The notes: generated from the letters alone by a model not told the origin. 64,000 nucleotides of DNA from Macrostomum lignano (GCA_002269645.1 NIVC01003206.1:47452-111451), one strand, 5' to 3'. Positions 43,205-54,340 are shown, numbered from the stretch's first letter. Numbers and translations are program-made.

Positions 43205-43855
43205 TGTTATGATGAGGACGTGGCAGGCCAGCGCGGCGATAGAGTGCCGCGTTGGTGACTCGCTCGACGCCGATGTTGAAGGCGGCGCGCAGCAGACCAG
43301 CGTGCGCCGCATCGACTTGCTGTTCGAGTGAGTCCGTCAGCGTCCAGGTCTCGGCGTTGTACAGCAGGACGGTCTCGATTACCGCCTGGAACAGCGCCGC
43401 CCTCTGGCGGTCCGGTAGGGCCTCGGACTGCAGGACTGCCCTCACAGAACGAAAGGCAGCCCAGGCAAGCCCGCGGCGGCGTCGCAGGTCCTCGCGAGCG
43501 TCTGGAACCAGACCGCCGAGGTAGACGAGGCACTCTATCGCCGCGCTGGCCTGCCACGTCCAAGTGATCTACTGCGCCGTCGGCGACTCCAGCTCGCAGG
43601 CCATCTCATCCGCGCCGAGTCGTACTGCCCACAGCCGGTGCAGGAGGTGCTGCTGCTCACGCTGCAGGCACCCTACCGGCGAGGTCAAGCGCGAACTCGC
43701 CGTTATGTCGACTGTCTGCTGGCTGACGCCGGCGCCCCGGACACTGCCGGTGGCGCGGCCTTTGTTCGCGCCCAAGCCATGAAGCGCGCCCTGTGACGCT
43801 GACTTTTACCATCATGACAGCGTATTTTGTTGTTGTTGTTGTTATGATGAGGACG
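43205..43855 (+). mobile_element. RTE-clade non-LTR retrotransposon 3' fragment with an inverted 5' part, (TTG)n tail and 16-bp TSD
   Basis: Minus strand 43530-43216: VYLGG...GLAWAAFR...TVLLYNAETWTLT...VTNAALYRRAGLPRP. Plus strand 43529-43796: ALYRRAGLPRPSDLLRRRRLQLAGHLIR...*. TSD TGTTATGATGAGGACG at 43205-43220 and 43840-43855. Confidence 0.9.
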
Positions 43856-45958
43856 CACTTTTTTTCCAAATCTCACGCTCGCACATGGGTTCCAAACTTG
43901 TTAGCCTACTGATAGCCTACTGATAGCAAGCTAGTTGGACATTTTGCTTTCTTTTGTGTAATTTTCCTAGTATTCACACAACTAGGATTTCTGTAGCCAT
44001 AATTTTGCCATACATGTAGTCATTATAGCATAGGCGCGGTTTTTGCTATTTTTGGGGTCATAAATCATAGCTTGTAGGCGTGTCTCACATCCACCTGCGC
44101 CTCACTCAGTGTTGTTGAAGCTGGCGCCAGATGGTCTGAGAAGATGCGGGCCGTTGGCCTTTTTCTCATATTATTTTTGACAGGCCATCAGATTTATGAG
44201 GTCAGGGCCTGTTGTTCATGTTCACTCAAGCGTTTGACAGCCCTGACAGCTATGCGTTTTACTCCTAAAAGTACTTTGGGATTAGCGATTAGCGATTTCT
44301 CTTCACTATCTTCACTTTCTACTTAATAAGAGCTTTCTAATGTATATTTTTTCAATAATTTTTGTAATTCCTACGCGAAAAATCATAAATCATAATGTAG
44401 CGATTTTGAGTGATTTATGACAACACCTGGCGTATTTTTATGGCCCCGATGGAACTGATAGGATCTTTTGGTCACGTGAGCTTGGGTGGTGACAAGCTCA
44501 GCCAATCAGAAAATTCGATGTCAGTTATAACAAATCGGCTCAGTCAATCAGCGTCGAGGTGTTCCATTTTAACAATTTGCGGCTCCCATCCCGGAGTCAC
44601 GACCGTCGTCTCTTGATCCCCGGATTGCGAAAACTCCCCTCATCATCAATGAGGTCCCCCGGTCGAAGCATCGAGGTTAAGAGCATCACCTGCTAGCTAT
44701 CTGCAGCGATTGTAACAGCATCATCCCGGGCCTACAGCTGCGAAGCACTAAGCCGATTCGGTCACTGTGGATTACCTGGTCTCCGGCTGTTGAGTTTCTG
44801 ATTGATTGGGTGAGAGGCTACCTAGAATTGCTTGATTGAGTGTTTCCTTATCTGTCCCCTATTTCAGTAGCTGGATTAGGCGCTAACTTTTGCTCATTTT
44901 GTCCAGTAGTGCTGTTATTGAGGCAGAAATCATTCAACTGTTAGTAGTCTAATTGCTCCGATTCAATCTGAAGTGAGAAGTGATTTAGTGAGGTTAAACC
45001 TGGAAGTTATTTTTATCGGTTTTATTTCTTTGTTTGCCGATGGCTCAGATGAGGAGCTAAGCTAGTAGGCGCCGGTCTCAGTGGACCAATGGAAAGGCAG
45101 TTCTCAGTCGATCAATTTATCAAATCAATATTTGCCAAATATTTATTAATATTTCGTTAAGAATCGGCGCTAGAGATGTACTTCTGTGCACTCTAAATTC
45201 GCCAAGCGGCTCGGGTAATGAATCATGCGATCTCTGAAGTTCGAGTTAGTCTATCATGAGCGCTACGAGAGGCTGGTTAGCACGTTGAAGGCCAGAAGTA
45301 CTCCCTCGTATTTAGCAATGTAATAGTACATGTGGCTTTCCCATAGGCTCGCCACCGCAGGAATCCCCTGCACAAGTCCCCTCTGTCCCTGCATGGCCAA
45401 TGCGATCAAGTCCCAGCAGTGTCCTTTATCATCGGCTTTGACTTCGAGACTGACAGCAAAAAGACACTAGTTGACAGGTAACTGCTAAGCCCCTTCTATA
45501 GTCGGAAGCCCGATTTCGAAAGTTCCAGTTTGGTGAGCCAGAACGCACGGGCTGGTGGCAGCGAGTTAGTTAATCTGCGGATTGGCTGATCTCTACCTTC
45601 AAAATTCTCCCTGCTTGTCTCTCGTTGTCCCTCTCTTAGCTATAGGACCTAGACTGCTCGCCACAGATCAAGCTACATTGGTGCTGACAATCTGACAGGA
45701 GTGGGGGGCGGCCAGGACTCCAATTGATTCATTTCTGAGACCTGAGGCCCGGAGTCTTTTCCAAAGCCGAAAAGGCCGAAACCAATCAGTTACATATTTT
45801 GTTACACAGTCTGCTACAAATGACAAAATAGATTCACAAAACCAATGAGCTGAGCCGTGCCATTTTAATGGTTTTTTGGCACAGGACAGAACAATTGTAC
45901 GTAAAATAAGAAATTAACATAGAATCCTAATTTTCTGATCGAAAAGCCGTATGAGTAG

Positions 45959-46234
45959 TGTGATGAATTGATATTGAGACGAAGCGATTGAATTGGCTTG
46001 AGCCGCAAGTTGTAAACAGCGTTTCTTAACTGACGCGTTGGTCCTTTATATTGTATTATAGAACTGAGTACATGTAGTTAGGACGAACGATGTACATTGC
46101 GAAGAAGTACTGTACGTATAAACAGAAATCGATCAGTTCAGTGGAGGGGGAGGGTCTATAGTGGTAAGCTAAAATTGAGCAGCCAAACGCACAAAGCAGT
46201 GTAGTTCAAATCGGTATAAGACAGCCAATTCACA
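45959..46234 (-). repeat. 3' LTR of the Gypsy element
   Basis: 275/276 identical to 50519-50794. Confidence 0.97.
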
Positions 46235-46546
46235 CTTCCCTCCCCAAGGGGAAGTGGGATCAATGAGATGAATTTTTACGAAAAGCGAATCGACGATAGC
46301 GTACATGTAGTATTGTAGTATTGGAAAACAATCGAATTAGCAAACACAATTGCAGAGCAGATAAAAAGTAAGGAAATAAAATTGTGTCGAACAAAATAGC
46401 GAAATATTGCATTGTCGAAAACTAGAATTAGTAGTGAATCAATAATTTGTATTGGAGAAACATACGTAATAATGGGTTGCATGAAAGACAGGAGAATTTG
46501 CGAAAAGTCAGTTCAAGATCATTGTCAGCTTCCGCACAGTCACTCA

Positions 46547-49500
46547 TCACACCCCCACTTGAAGTCGCTCTGGACATGACCGAATTCGAGGCGGGTATCG
46601 TCGGGTCGCACCCTCTGGCAACTGGTCAGGTACGTCCGCGTCCGCGGCTGCCGCCTTGTCTGCCGGGCCTGCGGGGACCGCGGCTCTTTCCTCCGATGGT
46701 GGCTGGATAGCGGGCTCGGAGACAGCCGCGGGGCTCAGAACATCTAGAGCCGGAGGCGCCGACGATGGAGTCGAGATGCTGGTGCCGAGGTGTTGAGAGT
46801 CAGCGGCGGATGGCGGAGGCTGCGCCGAATCAGGCAGCATCTGGTCAACGTGCCGCCGGACGATGCTGGTGCCAACTCGAACATCGTAGTTCCGTTGCGA
46901 CGCCGCGACGACCACTCCAGGCAGCCAGCCGGATTCCTTGCCGAATCCTTTCACTCGAACATTGTCGCCGATCCCGAAGAACCGGGTGCGGCGCTGGGAC
47001 TCAGCGGCAGCCTCTTGCCGATCGCGCACTTGGTCTACTAGAGATGGCCGCAGAAGGTCCAGTCTGGAGCGCAGCCGACGTCCCAGAAGCAGTTCGCTGG
47101 GAGAGGTGCCTGTAGTCGAATGCGGCGTTACCCTGTAGGCGAAGAGAAAGCGTTGCAAAGCAGCGGCGGAGTGACCGGATTTCCTGATGTGCAGCTTCAG
47201 TGTTTGTACAAATCTTTCAGCTTGACCGTTCGTAGCAGGATGGTAAGGCGCTGACGTGACATGCCGAATGCCGTTGCTGCGTGTAAAGCTTGCGAATTCC
47301 CTGGAAATGAATTGAGGCCCATTGTCGGAGACAATAATTCTTGGTAGGCCCAGACGGCTGAAGATTTCACAGAGATGTGCGATGGTGCAGACGAACCTCG
47401 GGCCATTTGCTGTGAGCGTCCATGATGACCAGGTAGACTCGCCCATTAACAGGACCAGCAAAGTCCAAGTGAATTCTGCTCCAAGGTTCGCTGGGAAATA
47501 TCCAAGGATATTGACCATTGGCTGGATCACCGGAGCTTTGGCTGGATCAGACTGGTGAGCCTTGCAGGTTTCGCATGTTCTAGCCAACTGCTCCAAGTCC
47601 TTGTCCAGCCCTGGCCACCAAACAAAACTGCGTGCCAGGGCTTTCATGCGACTGGCACCGGTGTGAGCCAAATGGAGTTCCTGTAGGACGGCCTTGCGCA
47701 GGGACTCCGGGATTATAACGCGAGTCCCCCAGAGTAAGCAGCCGGCTTCGATGGTCATCGCGTTTTGCTGATGAGCGAACTCTGGAAATTCTTTGCCGGA
47801 TAGTCGCTCTCCGGATTGCAGAAGGCGAAGCAGCTTGGACAGTATAGGGTCAGCCAGAGTTGCTTTGGCGACCAAAGCCGCAGTCACAGCAATGGAAGAG
47901 TCCTCCTCGAGCGTGAGCGAGTGCACCGCCTCTTCTTCAATAAAGTTTCCTTTTAGAGGCAATCGAGAAAGAGAGTCGCAATTGCTGTGCTTCTGGGTGG
48001 GCCTGAACTCCATGGCGTACCGATATCCAGATAGACGGATGGCCCATCGCTGCATCCTGGCAGCCGCACGTGTCGGAATCTCTTTGTCTGGGCCCAGCAA
48101 TCCCAGCAGAGGCTGATGGTCAGTGACAATCGTAAAGTGCCGCCCATAGAGGAATTGGTGGAAGCGTTGGACACCGTAGATTATGGCTAGTGCCTCCTTA
48201 TCCAGCTGAGAATAGTTTCGCTGGGCTGAAGTCAGCGACTTGCTAGCAAATGCGATCGCGTGATCCTGACCGCCCACCCGGTGACTGAGAACCACGCCAA
48301 TGCCGTACGCGGAAGCGTCGCACTCGAGACGAATCGGCAGATTTGGGTCAAAGTGCATCAGAGCTTTTGATTCGAGCAGCATTCGCTTCGATGCTTGGAA
48401 GGCTTCGTTCTCGCGGTCGCTCCAAAGCCAGCTGACGCCCTTCGACAAGAGCTGATTAAGCGGCGCCACGACTGATGCCAAATTGGGAAGGAACTTGGCG
48501 TAATGCGTCAGCATTCCCAGATAGGATCGCAGCTGAGATACGTCTTTCGGAGCCGGCGCGTTCTGAACGGCGTCGACCTTGCTTTCGAGCGGCCGCAGCC
48601 CGTGTTGGTCAATTCGGTGGCCCAGATAGTCGATGGAGTCTTGGAAGAAAGCACACTTGGCGACGTTGAGACGCAGTCCGGCCTCTTGAAGCTTGTGCAG
48701 GACTTGCAGCAGATTTTCTTTGTGAGCCGCCAATGAAGACCCGGTAACCAGGATGTCGTCCTGATAAACCTGGACGCCGTTGAGATGCCCGAGCAGACTG
48801 TCAAGGATGCGTTGAAAAATTGCACTGGCCGAGCAGATACCGAATGGCAGGCGGTTCACCTTGAACAGTCCACGTTGAGTGTTGATAACGAGGTACTGTT
48901 TGCTGTCTTCTGATATTGGGAGCTGCAGAAATGCCTTTGCCAGGTCGAGTTTGCTCCATTTGTGGCCGCCACCCAGTCTCGCAAATAAATCTTCGATCCT
49001 CGGCAGCGGGTAGTGCTCTTGCTTTGCGACCTGGTTGAATGTGCACTTGTAATCTCCGCAGATTCGTACAGACCCGTCCTTCTTTACTACTGGCACAATC
49101 GGGGCAGCCCATTGAGAAGTCGCTATTGGAGTGATGACCCCTTCTGATTCCATGCGCTGAAGCTCTAAATCGACGGTCTCACGCAGAGCATAGGGAATCG
49201 GTCGCGCCTTGTAAAACCTTGGCGTAGCATTTTCTTGTAAATGAAGGTCGACTTCACTGAGGCGATACTTACCGAGACCCTCGGCGAAGACATCCGGAAA
49301 CTGACGGACCAGCTCAGTAGCCATATCGTTAGGTGCTGCGATCAACGAGTTGACGGGTGCTGTCAAGCGAGGCCAGTCTAGGCGGATGACGGTTAGCCAG
49401 TTGCGTCCCAGGAGTCGAGCGCTGCCTTCAGACACCACGAGTAGCGGCAGAGAAGCTTCCTGCCCTTCGTAAGTGACCTTCACTGTTACTTCTCCGATCG

Positions 49501-50518
49501 GAGAGAACTCCTGGTCCGTGTAGGTTCGCAGAGTCGTCTTGGACGGATGCAGTCGCAGATGAGACAGATGGCTATCATAGAATGCCTTGGGAACGAGACT
49601 TACAGCAGATCCTGTGTCCAGCTCAAAATGAGATTGCACTTCCTCGATTTGCAGAGGCACCAGAATCGGGGACTTGGAAGTCATTGAGACATGAAATATT
49701 GGCTCTTCCTCGTAGTTTTCTTCGTCGTACTGAGACCCGGTTTCATTCTTCTCCAGGAGTTTCACAGATTTTGCTGACCTGCAAGCCTTCTTAATGTGGC
49801 CAACCTTCCCGCAAGCATGGCATTTCGAGTTACGGAATTTACAGTTCTGACGCGAATGTGGACCTCCACAGCTGTCGCAGGTGCCTGGCTTGGATGCTGA
49901 TCCAGCGGGACCAGAGTGTTGGCTGATGTTGTACTGTGCTCTCGGGCGTGCCACTGATGGATTCGCGCTGACTCGATTGGTTGCTGAAGTGTGCGCCATC
50001 TCGCTTGAAGATTTGTGAGCAGCTTCGAGGTCCAAGGCCAGTTTGATCAGCCCAGCGTACGAATGATCCGAACTCTCGAGTAGCTTAGAGCGGAAATTGT
50101 CGCTTCTCATTCCGAACAAAAACTGATCTCGAAGTCGCTCCTGAAGACACTCGCCAAACTTGCAATGGTTTGCAGCGTTTTTCAGCCCTGCCAAGAAGTT
50201 AGCGAAAGATTCACCATCTTGCTGAAGACGTTGCTGAAATTTGAAACGTGCGGCGATCTCCGAAGGTTCGGGCGAGCAATGCTTCTTTAGTATGTCCTGC
50301 AGATCTTCGTAGGATTTTTCAGTCAGTTTCTGTGGCTGACACAAGTCGCGAAGCAATTTGTAGTACTTCTCACCAATGGCAGTAAGAAAGATAGCACGCT
50401 TGGCCTCGGCAGTCTCAACTTTGTTGCATATGAAATATTGGTTCATGCGCTCAGCGTAGATTTCAAGGTCTGATTCAGCTGAAAGTTCTGGAATTTGGCC
50501 AAAAGTCCTCGTCGCCAT
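46547..50518 (-). CDS. Gag-Pol polyprotein (1323 aa): Gag zinc knuckles, protease, RT, RNase H, integrase (core partly frameshifted)
   Basis: CHACGKVGHIKKAC, LDTGS, YQDDILV, CDASAYG, HLAHTG...CETC, VSDNGPQF and AERFVQ motifs. Confidence 0.93.
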   Translation of the reverse strand: MATRTFGQIPELSAESDLEIYAERMNQYFICNKVETAEAKRAIFLTAIGEKYYKLLRDLCQPQKLTEKSYEDLQDILKKHCSPEPSEIAARFKFQQRLQQDGESFANFLAGLKNAANHCKFGECLQERLRDQFLFGMRSDNFRSKLLESSDHSYAGLIKLALDLEAAHKSSSEMAHTSATNRVSANPSVARPRAQYNISQHSGPAGSASKPGTCDSCGGPHSRQNCKFRNSKCHACGKVGHIKKACRSAKSVKLLEKNETGSQYDEENYEEEPIFHVSMTSKSPILVPLQIEEVQSHFELDTGSAVSLVPKAFYDSHLSHLRLHPSKTTLRTYTDQEFSPIGEVTVKVTYEGQEASLPLLVVSEGSARLLGRNWLTVIRLDWPRLTAPVNSLIAAPNDMATELVRQFPDVFAEGLGKYRLSEVDLHLQENATPRFYKARPIPYALRETVDLELQRMESEGVITPIATSQWAAPIVPVVKKDGSVRICGDYKCTFNQVAKQEHYPLPRIEDLFARLGGGHKWSKLDLAKAFLQLPISEDSKQYLVINTQRGLFKVNRLPFGICSASAIFQRILDSLLGHLNGVQVYQDDILVTGSSLAAHKENLLQVLHKLQEAGLRLNVAKCAFFQDSIDYLGHRIDQHGLRPLESKVDAVQNAPAPKDVSQLRSYLGMLTHYAKFLPNLASVVAPLNQLLSKGVSWLWSDRENEAFQASKRMLLESKALMHFDPNLPIRLECDASAYGIGVVLSHRVGGQDHAIAFASKSLTSAQRNYSQLDKEALAIIYGVQRFHQFLYGRHFTIVTDHQPLLGLLGPDKEIPTRAAARMQRWAIRLSGYRYAMEFRPTQKHSNCDSLSRLPLKGNFIEEEAVHSLTLEEDSSIAVTAALVAKATLADPILSKLLRLLQSGERLSGKEFPEFAHQQNAMTIEAGCLLWGTRVIIPESLRKAVLQELHLAHTGASRMKALARSFVWWPGLDKDLEQLARTCETCKAHQSDPAKAPVIQPMVNILGYFPANLGAEFTWTLLVLLMGESTWSSWTLTANGPRFVCTIAHLCEIFSRLGLPRIIVSDNGPQFISREFASFTRSNGIRHVTSAPYHPATNGQAERFVQTLKLHIRKSGHSAAALQRFLFAYRVTPHSTTGTSPSELLLGRRLRSRLDLLRPSLVDQVRDRQEAAAESQRRTRFFGIGDNVRVKGFGKESGWLPGVVVAASQRNYDVRVGTSIVRRHVDQMLPDSAQPPPSAADSQHLGTSISTPSSAPPALDVLSPAAVSEPAIQPPSEERAAVPAGPADKAAAADADVPDQLPEGATRRYPPRIRSCPERLQVGV

Positions 50519-50794
50519 TGTGATGAATTGAGATTGAGACGAAGCGATTGAATTGGCTTGAGCCGCAAGTTGTAAACAGCGTTTCTTAACTGACGCGTTG
50601 GTCCTTTATATTGTATTATAGAACTGAGTACATGTAGTTAGGACGAACGATGTACATTGCGAAGAAGTACTGTACGTATAAACAGAAATCGATCAGTTCA
50701 GTGGAGGGGGAGGGTCTATAGTGGTAAGCTAAAATTGAGCAGCCAAACGCACAAAGCAGTGTAGTTCAAATCGGTATAAGACAGCCAATTCACA
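50519..50794 (-). repeat. 5' LTR of the Gypsy element
   Basis: Followed immediately by the PBS and the gag ATG at 50518. Confidence 0.97.
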
Positions 50795-51922
50795 AGTAGC
50801 AATAGAGCTATAAAATGCATATGAAAGACACAGCATATCAAAAGATCAACATCGGGTCTGCCTCCTATCAAAAGCAATCACAATTTTTGTGCTGAAAAAT
50901 GAAAGCTTCCTATCTCCGTAGTGTGTTTTTCGGCGAAAGGGGGCCTTCAAAACATTTCCCATACATTTCGAGTGTTGCATCGCCTTCTACTGTAGTAGTC
51001 CTTGCCTGGAACCCTTTGTGTTGCAATTTGGGGCGTCCATCGATGGCCCCGTGGGCTGGAACTTTTTCTTTTATCACTTCATCGAGTGATTTTCCTTTAT
51101 TATGGCCCATCCTATGAATTTTTGGTGTTTTACTACACTAACCGGTTGGTCCGGTTGGTCCCGGAGGACCAATCTGAACAATTAGGTCTGAGTCCGTCTG
51201 AAAATTGGAACGCGCAATGGACCAGGGCCTGGAAAACTCTTTCTTTTGCTTGCCTCATATACATGTCAGGGACAACTAAAAAAATCGGGACGCGATCCGA
51301 AACGAGCCAAATCATTGTGAAAACGGTTGGGGGCCCGTTTGAGTCTATGGGCGCCCAGTTTTTCTTGCATTACGAGTAAATGCATTACGATCAGCTCAGC
51401 CGCTGAAAGGACTAAGGCCACAGTTCAATTATTTTAGCTTTAAAAGGTTCAGTAGGTTGTCAAAAAGGTTTTTTATTCATTTTTAAAAATGTTTTCTGTT
51501 TTATTTGAGTAGTAAAAGGCCGTACAGAGCACAATGACATACATTTAAGCACGTGAGATATTCACGAAGAAAAAGGTTTAAACTTAGGATTGTAGCCAGA
51601 ATCGTGCGAGCTGCCTGGCTTGGGTTGTCAACAGATCGTCTCAGAAGGTGGCGACAGAGGTAGCGAACTGACGGCTGAACATAAATTTTGTGGTGTATCG
51701 CACACTGAGACGCACTATAGTTTATATAAGTTCAAGTTCGTTATTCAATGCCGTTTGTTTGCACTAATCGCCTCTAAGCATTCTATCGCTACAGTTTCTT
51801 CTATGGTAATTAACCCAGCCCAAAGTTGCTAGAGCTCACCCTTTTGATCTCTTTCAAATAAGAAATATGAAGAATCTTAAGCTCATGAGTTAAATACTTC
51901 AGCCGGAGTTCAATTCACAACA

Positions 51923-52735
51923 ATGGCGTCGCGGCTCGGCGAACTGCCGCTGGATAAACCTGACCGAGCACAGGTTTGGCTGACTGCTTTTCAAGCGCTG
52001 GCCAGAGCGAAAGGCTGGTCTGATTCAACCGAAAGAAAAACGATCGCTGACAACTTTCTCGCTATCTGTGGACTCACCGCGCTTGAAAAGCTGCAGAGTC
52101 TGGTGTCGCCACGCCCACTCACGGAACTCTCTTTCGAGGATATTCAGACGACATTTGTCACGTATCTGCGCCCCAAAGAGAAACTGATAATCGCTGAGCG
52201 CGCGCGATTCTTCAAGACGCAACAACTGCAAGGAGAAAGCATTTCTGATTTCGTCAGTCGCCTTCGCCAGGCGGCCACTGACTGCAAGTTCGACGACCTC
52301 AAGGCATGCAGAAGCCCTTCCGAGGAGCTAATCAGTACGGCACTCATCGCAGGACTGCGCGATGGCCGGGAGCAGCAGCGCGTACTCGAAGCAATGCAGC
52401 TGAAACTGATGTCCGTCTCAGAAGTCACGGACTTCATACGCAACCTAGAGCAAGTCGATGGCTTCGTCGCCAGGCAGATGGACAAGGCAACCGGCCAATC
52501 TAAATCACCATGCACCTACGAAGCCACCCTTCATTACGCTCAATCCGGTCGGCTTGAGACATCGCAGCATGCAAACTCTCGTCGCACAATCAGCGCCTGT
52601 CGGTACTGTGGCAAGTCACACCCTGAAGGCAGATGCCCTGCTTTCGGAAAAAGCTGCTCCAAGTGTGGAAAGAAAAACCATTTCAGTACTGTTTGTAAGT
52701 CTCGATCCATGCACTACACGACTACTGGTGAGTAG
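51923..52735 (+). CDS. Gag (270 aa) with two zinc knuckles
   Basis: CRYCGKSHPEGRC and CSKCGKKNHFSTVC; ATG directly after the LTR. Confidence 0.9.
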   Translation: MASRLGELPLDKPDRAQVWLTAFQALARAKGWSDSTERKTIADNFLAICGLTALEKLQSLVSPRPLTELSFEDIQTTFVTYLRPKEKLIIAERARFFKTQQLQGESISDFVSRLRQAATDCKFDDLKACRSPSEELISTALIAGLRDGREQQRVLEAMQLKLMSVSEVTDFIRNLEQVDGFVARQMDKATGQSKSPCTYEATLHYAQSGRLETSQHANSRRTISACRYCGKSHPEGRCPAFGKSCSKCGKKNHFSTVCKSRSMHYTTTGE

Positions 52736-54340
52736 GATTCAGATTCCGCCCAACAAAAAACAGACGTACTGCATCTCATCGATGCGCTCAATTCGATTGA
52801 AGTATCTACGGAGACTGTGCGCATCAACGATAAGCCCTTCAAAATGCAGATCGACACGGGAGCATCAGTCTCCGTGCTCTCCAGTGCGCAATGGGCTCTG
52901 CTGGGTAAGCCACCACTCATGCGTTCCAATCGGCGTTTGGAGGCCTTCGACGGGCACGTCATGAAATCGCTTGGTAAAGTGACTGCAACTGTGGAGCTAC
53001 GAGGACGCCTTCAACCAGTGGAACTGATTGTAGTCTCTTCCGAAAAGACGTACGGGTTGCTTGGCCGCGACCTCCTCGAGTCTGAACGAAAATTCGATGA
53101 CAGCTCATCAGACGACAAGGCCACATTCGAGACGATCAATTCAATCGCATTTGAATCACCTGTGATCGACGCTAAACGAATCACAGCGGAGATGGAGTTA
53201 GACGCGCTCACCCAGAGAATTCTCAATCGCGTCCGCCAAGGCGATTGGCGAAACTGCAGCCAGGCAGAAGCGCAGCTCAAAAAAGTCTCAAACAAACTAA
53301 CGCTAGAAAATGGACTACTCTACATGCAAAGAAGAGCCTTCATTCCACCAAGACTGCGCAAGGCCGCGTTCGATGCCATTCACGACACGCACACGGGCAT
53401 GCATGCAGCGCACAGTCTAATGTCTACCAGCTGCTGGTGGCCCGGAATGCAACAGGACGTTGCCCAGTTTGTTCGACGCTGTCCAGACTGCTGCAGGCTT
53501 CGGCCTCAACTCGGCCACGACAGGGATCGCTGGCCTCCATCAACGTATCCGTTCCAGCGCGTACACATGGACTGGGCATACGTAAAAGGCGCTGGAAACA
53601 TCCTGGTCATCGTGGATTCCTTTTCCGGCTGGATAGAAGCCTTTCCTTGCCGCGATCGCACAGCTGATTCAGTCATTCAGTGCCTGCGTACCGTATTCAC
53701 ACGGTTCGGCGTCCCCGAGCTGGTGGTTTCGGACAACGCCCCAGAGTTCACCACTGAATTGCTCACATCGTGGCTCCGCGCCAATGGTGCCAAGAAGCTC
53801 GAGTCACCTACCTATTACCCGCAGGCGAATGGAGCCGCAGAAAGGGCCGTTCAGACCGTCAAGTCCGCACTAAGGGCCTGGTCTAAAAAAATTACGCACA
53901 TGGAGTTTAGCCGCTTCTTGCAAAAGGTCCTCCTGCACCACAGAAACTCAGCCTCTTCGCGGGGCTGCTGCCCAGCCGAAATTCTCTTTGGACGGCGACT
54001 CAGAGTCCCGGTGGTGACCAACTTCGAACAGGGTGACAGCGTGATCTATGCGCCAAGCAGCTCCTCAGTCGGCAACCCGGCAAAGTTCGTGATGACGGCA
54101 GGTCAAAACACGGCGTGGATCCTCGCTGACGATGGGCTTCGCCTTGCAAGCACGAATCAACTTGCCCCAATGGCCACCCGGCCATCGGAATTCGAGATGG
54201 AGGACGAAGAGGAGACTAACAGCGTGCCAGAAACCGGAAACGAGCCAGTCGCAGGGATTCAGACACCCGTGCCTGAAGAAGCCGATCAGCTGAGAAGGAG
54301 CCTCAGAAACCGATCCGCTCCTGAGCGCTTTGTGCCTTAA
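52736..54340 (+). CDS. Protease-integrase ORF, in frame with gag after a TAG; no RT or RNase H
   Basis: IDTGAS and LLGRDLL (protease), then HDTHTG...CPDC, HMDWA, VSDNA and AERAV (intact HHCC and DDE). No YxDD or DAS motifs. Confidence 0.9.
   Translation, partial: DSDSAQQKTDVLHLIDALNSIEVSTETVRINDKPFKMQIDTGASVSVLSSAQWALLGKPPLMRSNRRLEAFDGHVMKSLGKVTATVELRGRLQPVELIVVSSEKTYGLLGRDLLESERKFDDSSSDDKATFETINSIAFESPVIDAKRITAEMELDALTQRILNRVRQGDWRNCSQAEAQLKKVSNKLTLENGLLYMQRRAFIPPRLRKAAFDAIHDTHTGMHAAHSLMSTSCWWPGMQQDVAQFVRRCPDCCRLRPQLGHDRDRWPPSTYPFQRVHMDWAYVKGAGNILVIVDSFSGWIEAFPCRDRTADSVIQCLRTVFTRFGVPELVVSDNAPEFTTELLTSWLRANGAKKLESPTYYPQANGAAERAVQTVKSALRAWSKKITHMEFSRFLQKVLLHHRNSASSRGCCPAEILFGRRLRVPVVTNFEQGDSVIYAPSSSSVGNPAKFVMTAGQNTAWILADDGLRLASTNQLAPMATRPSEFEMEDEEETNSVPETGNEPVAGIQTPVPEEADQLRRSLRNRSAPERFVP

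Larger units (their letters stand above)
45959..50794 (-). mobile_element. Full-length Ty3/Gypsy (Mag-like) LTR retrotransposon, recent insertion
   Basis: 276-bp LTRs at 45959-46234 and 50519-50794 (TG...CA, 1 mismatch). TSD AGTAG on both sides. PBS TGGCGACGAGGA matches the recalled tRNA-Ser(GCT) 3' end. PPT GGGGAGGGAAG at 46235-46245. Confidence 0.97.

Noticed and set aside
44711-45690. Possible solo or 5' LTR (TGTAAC...GCTACA followed by TTGGTGCTG)
   Set aside because: No second copy, no TSD, no internal coding sequence, and the PBS does not match a tRNA end I can recall.
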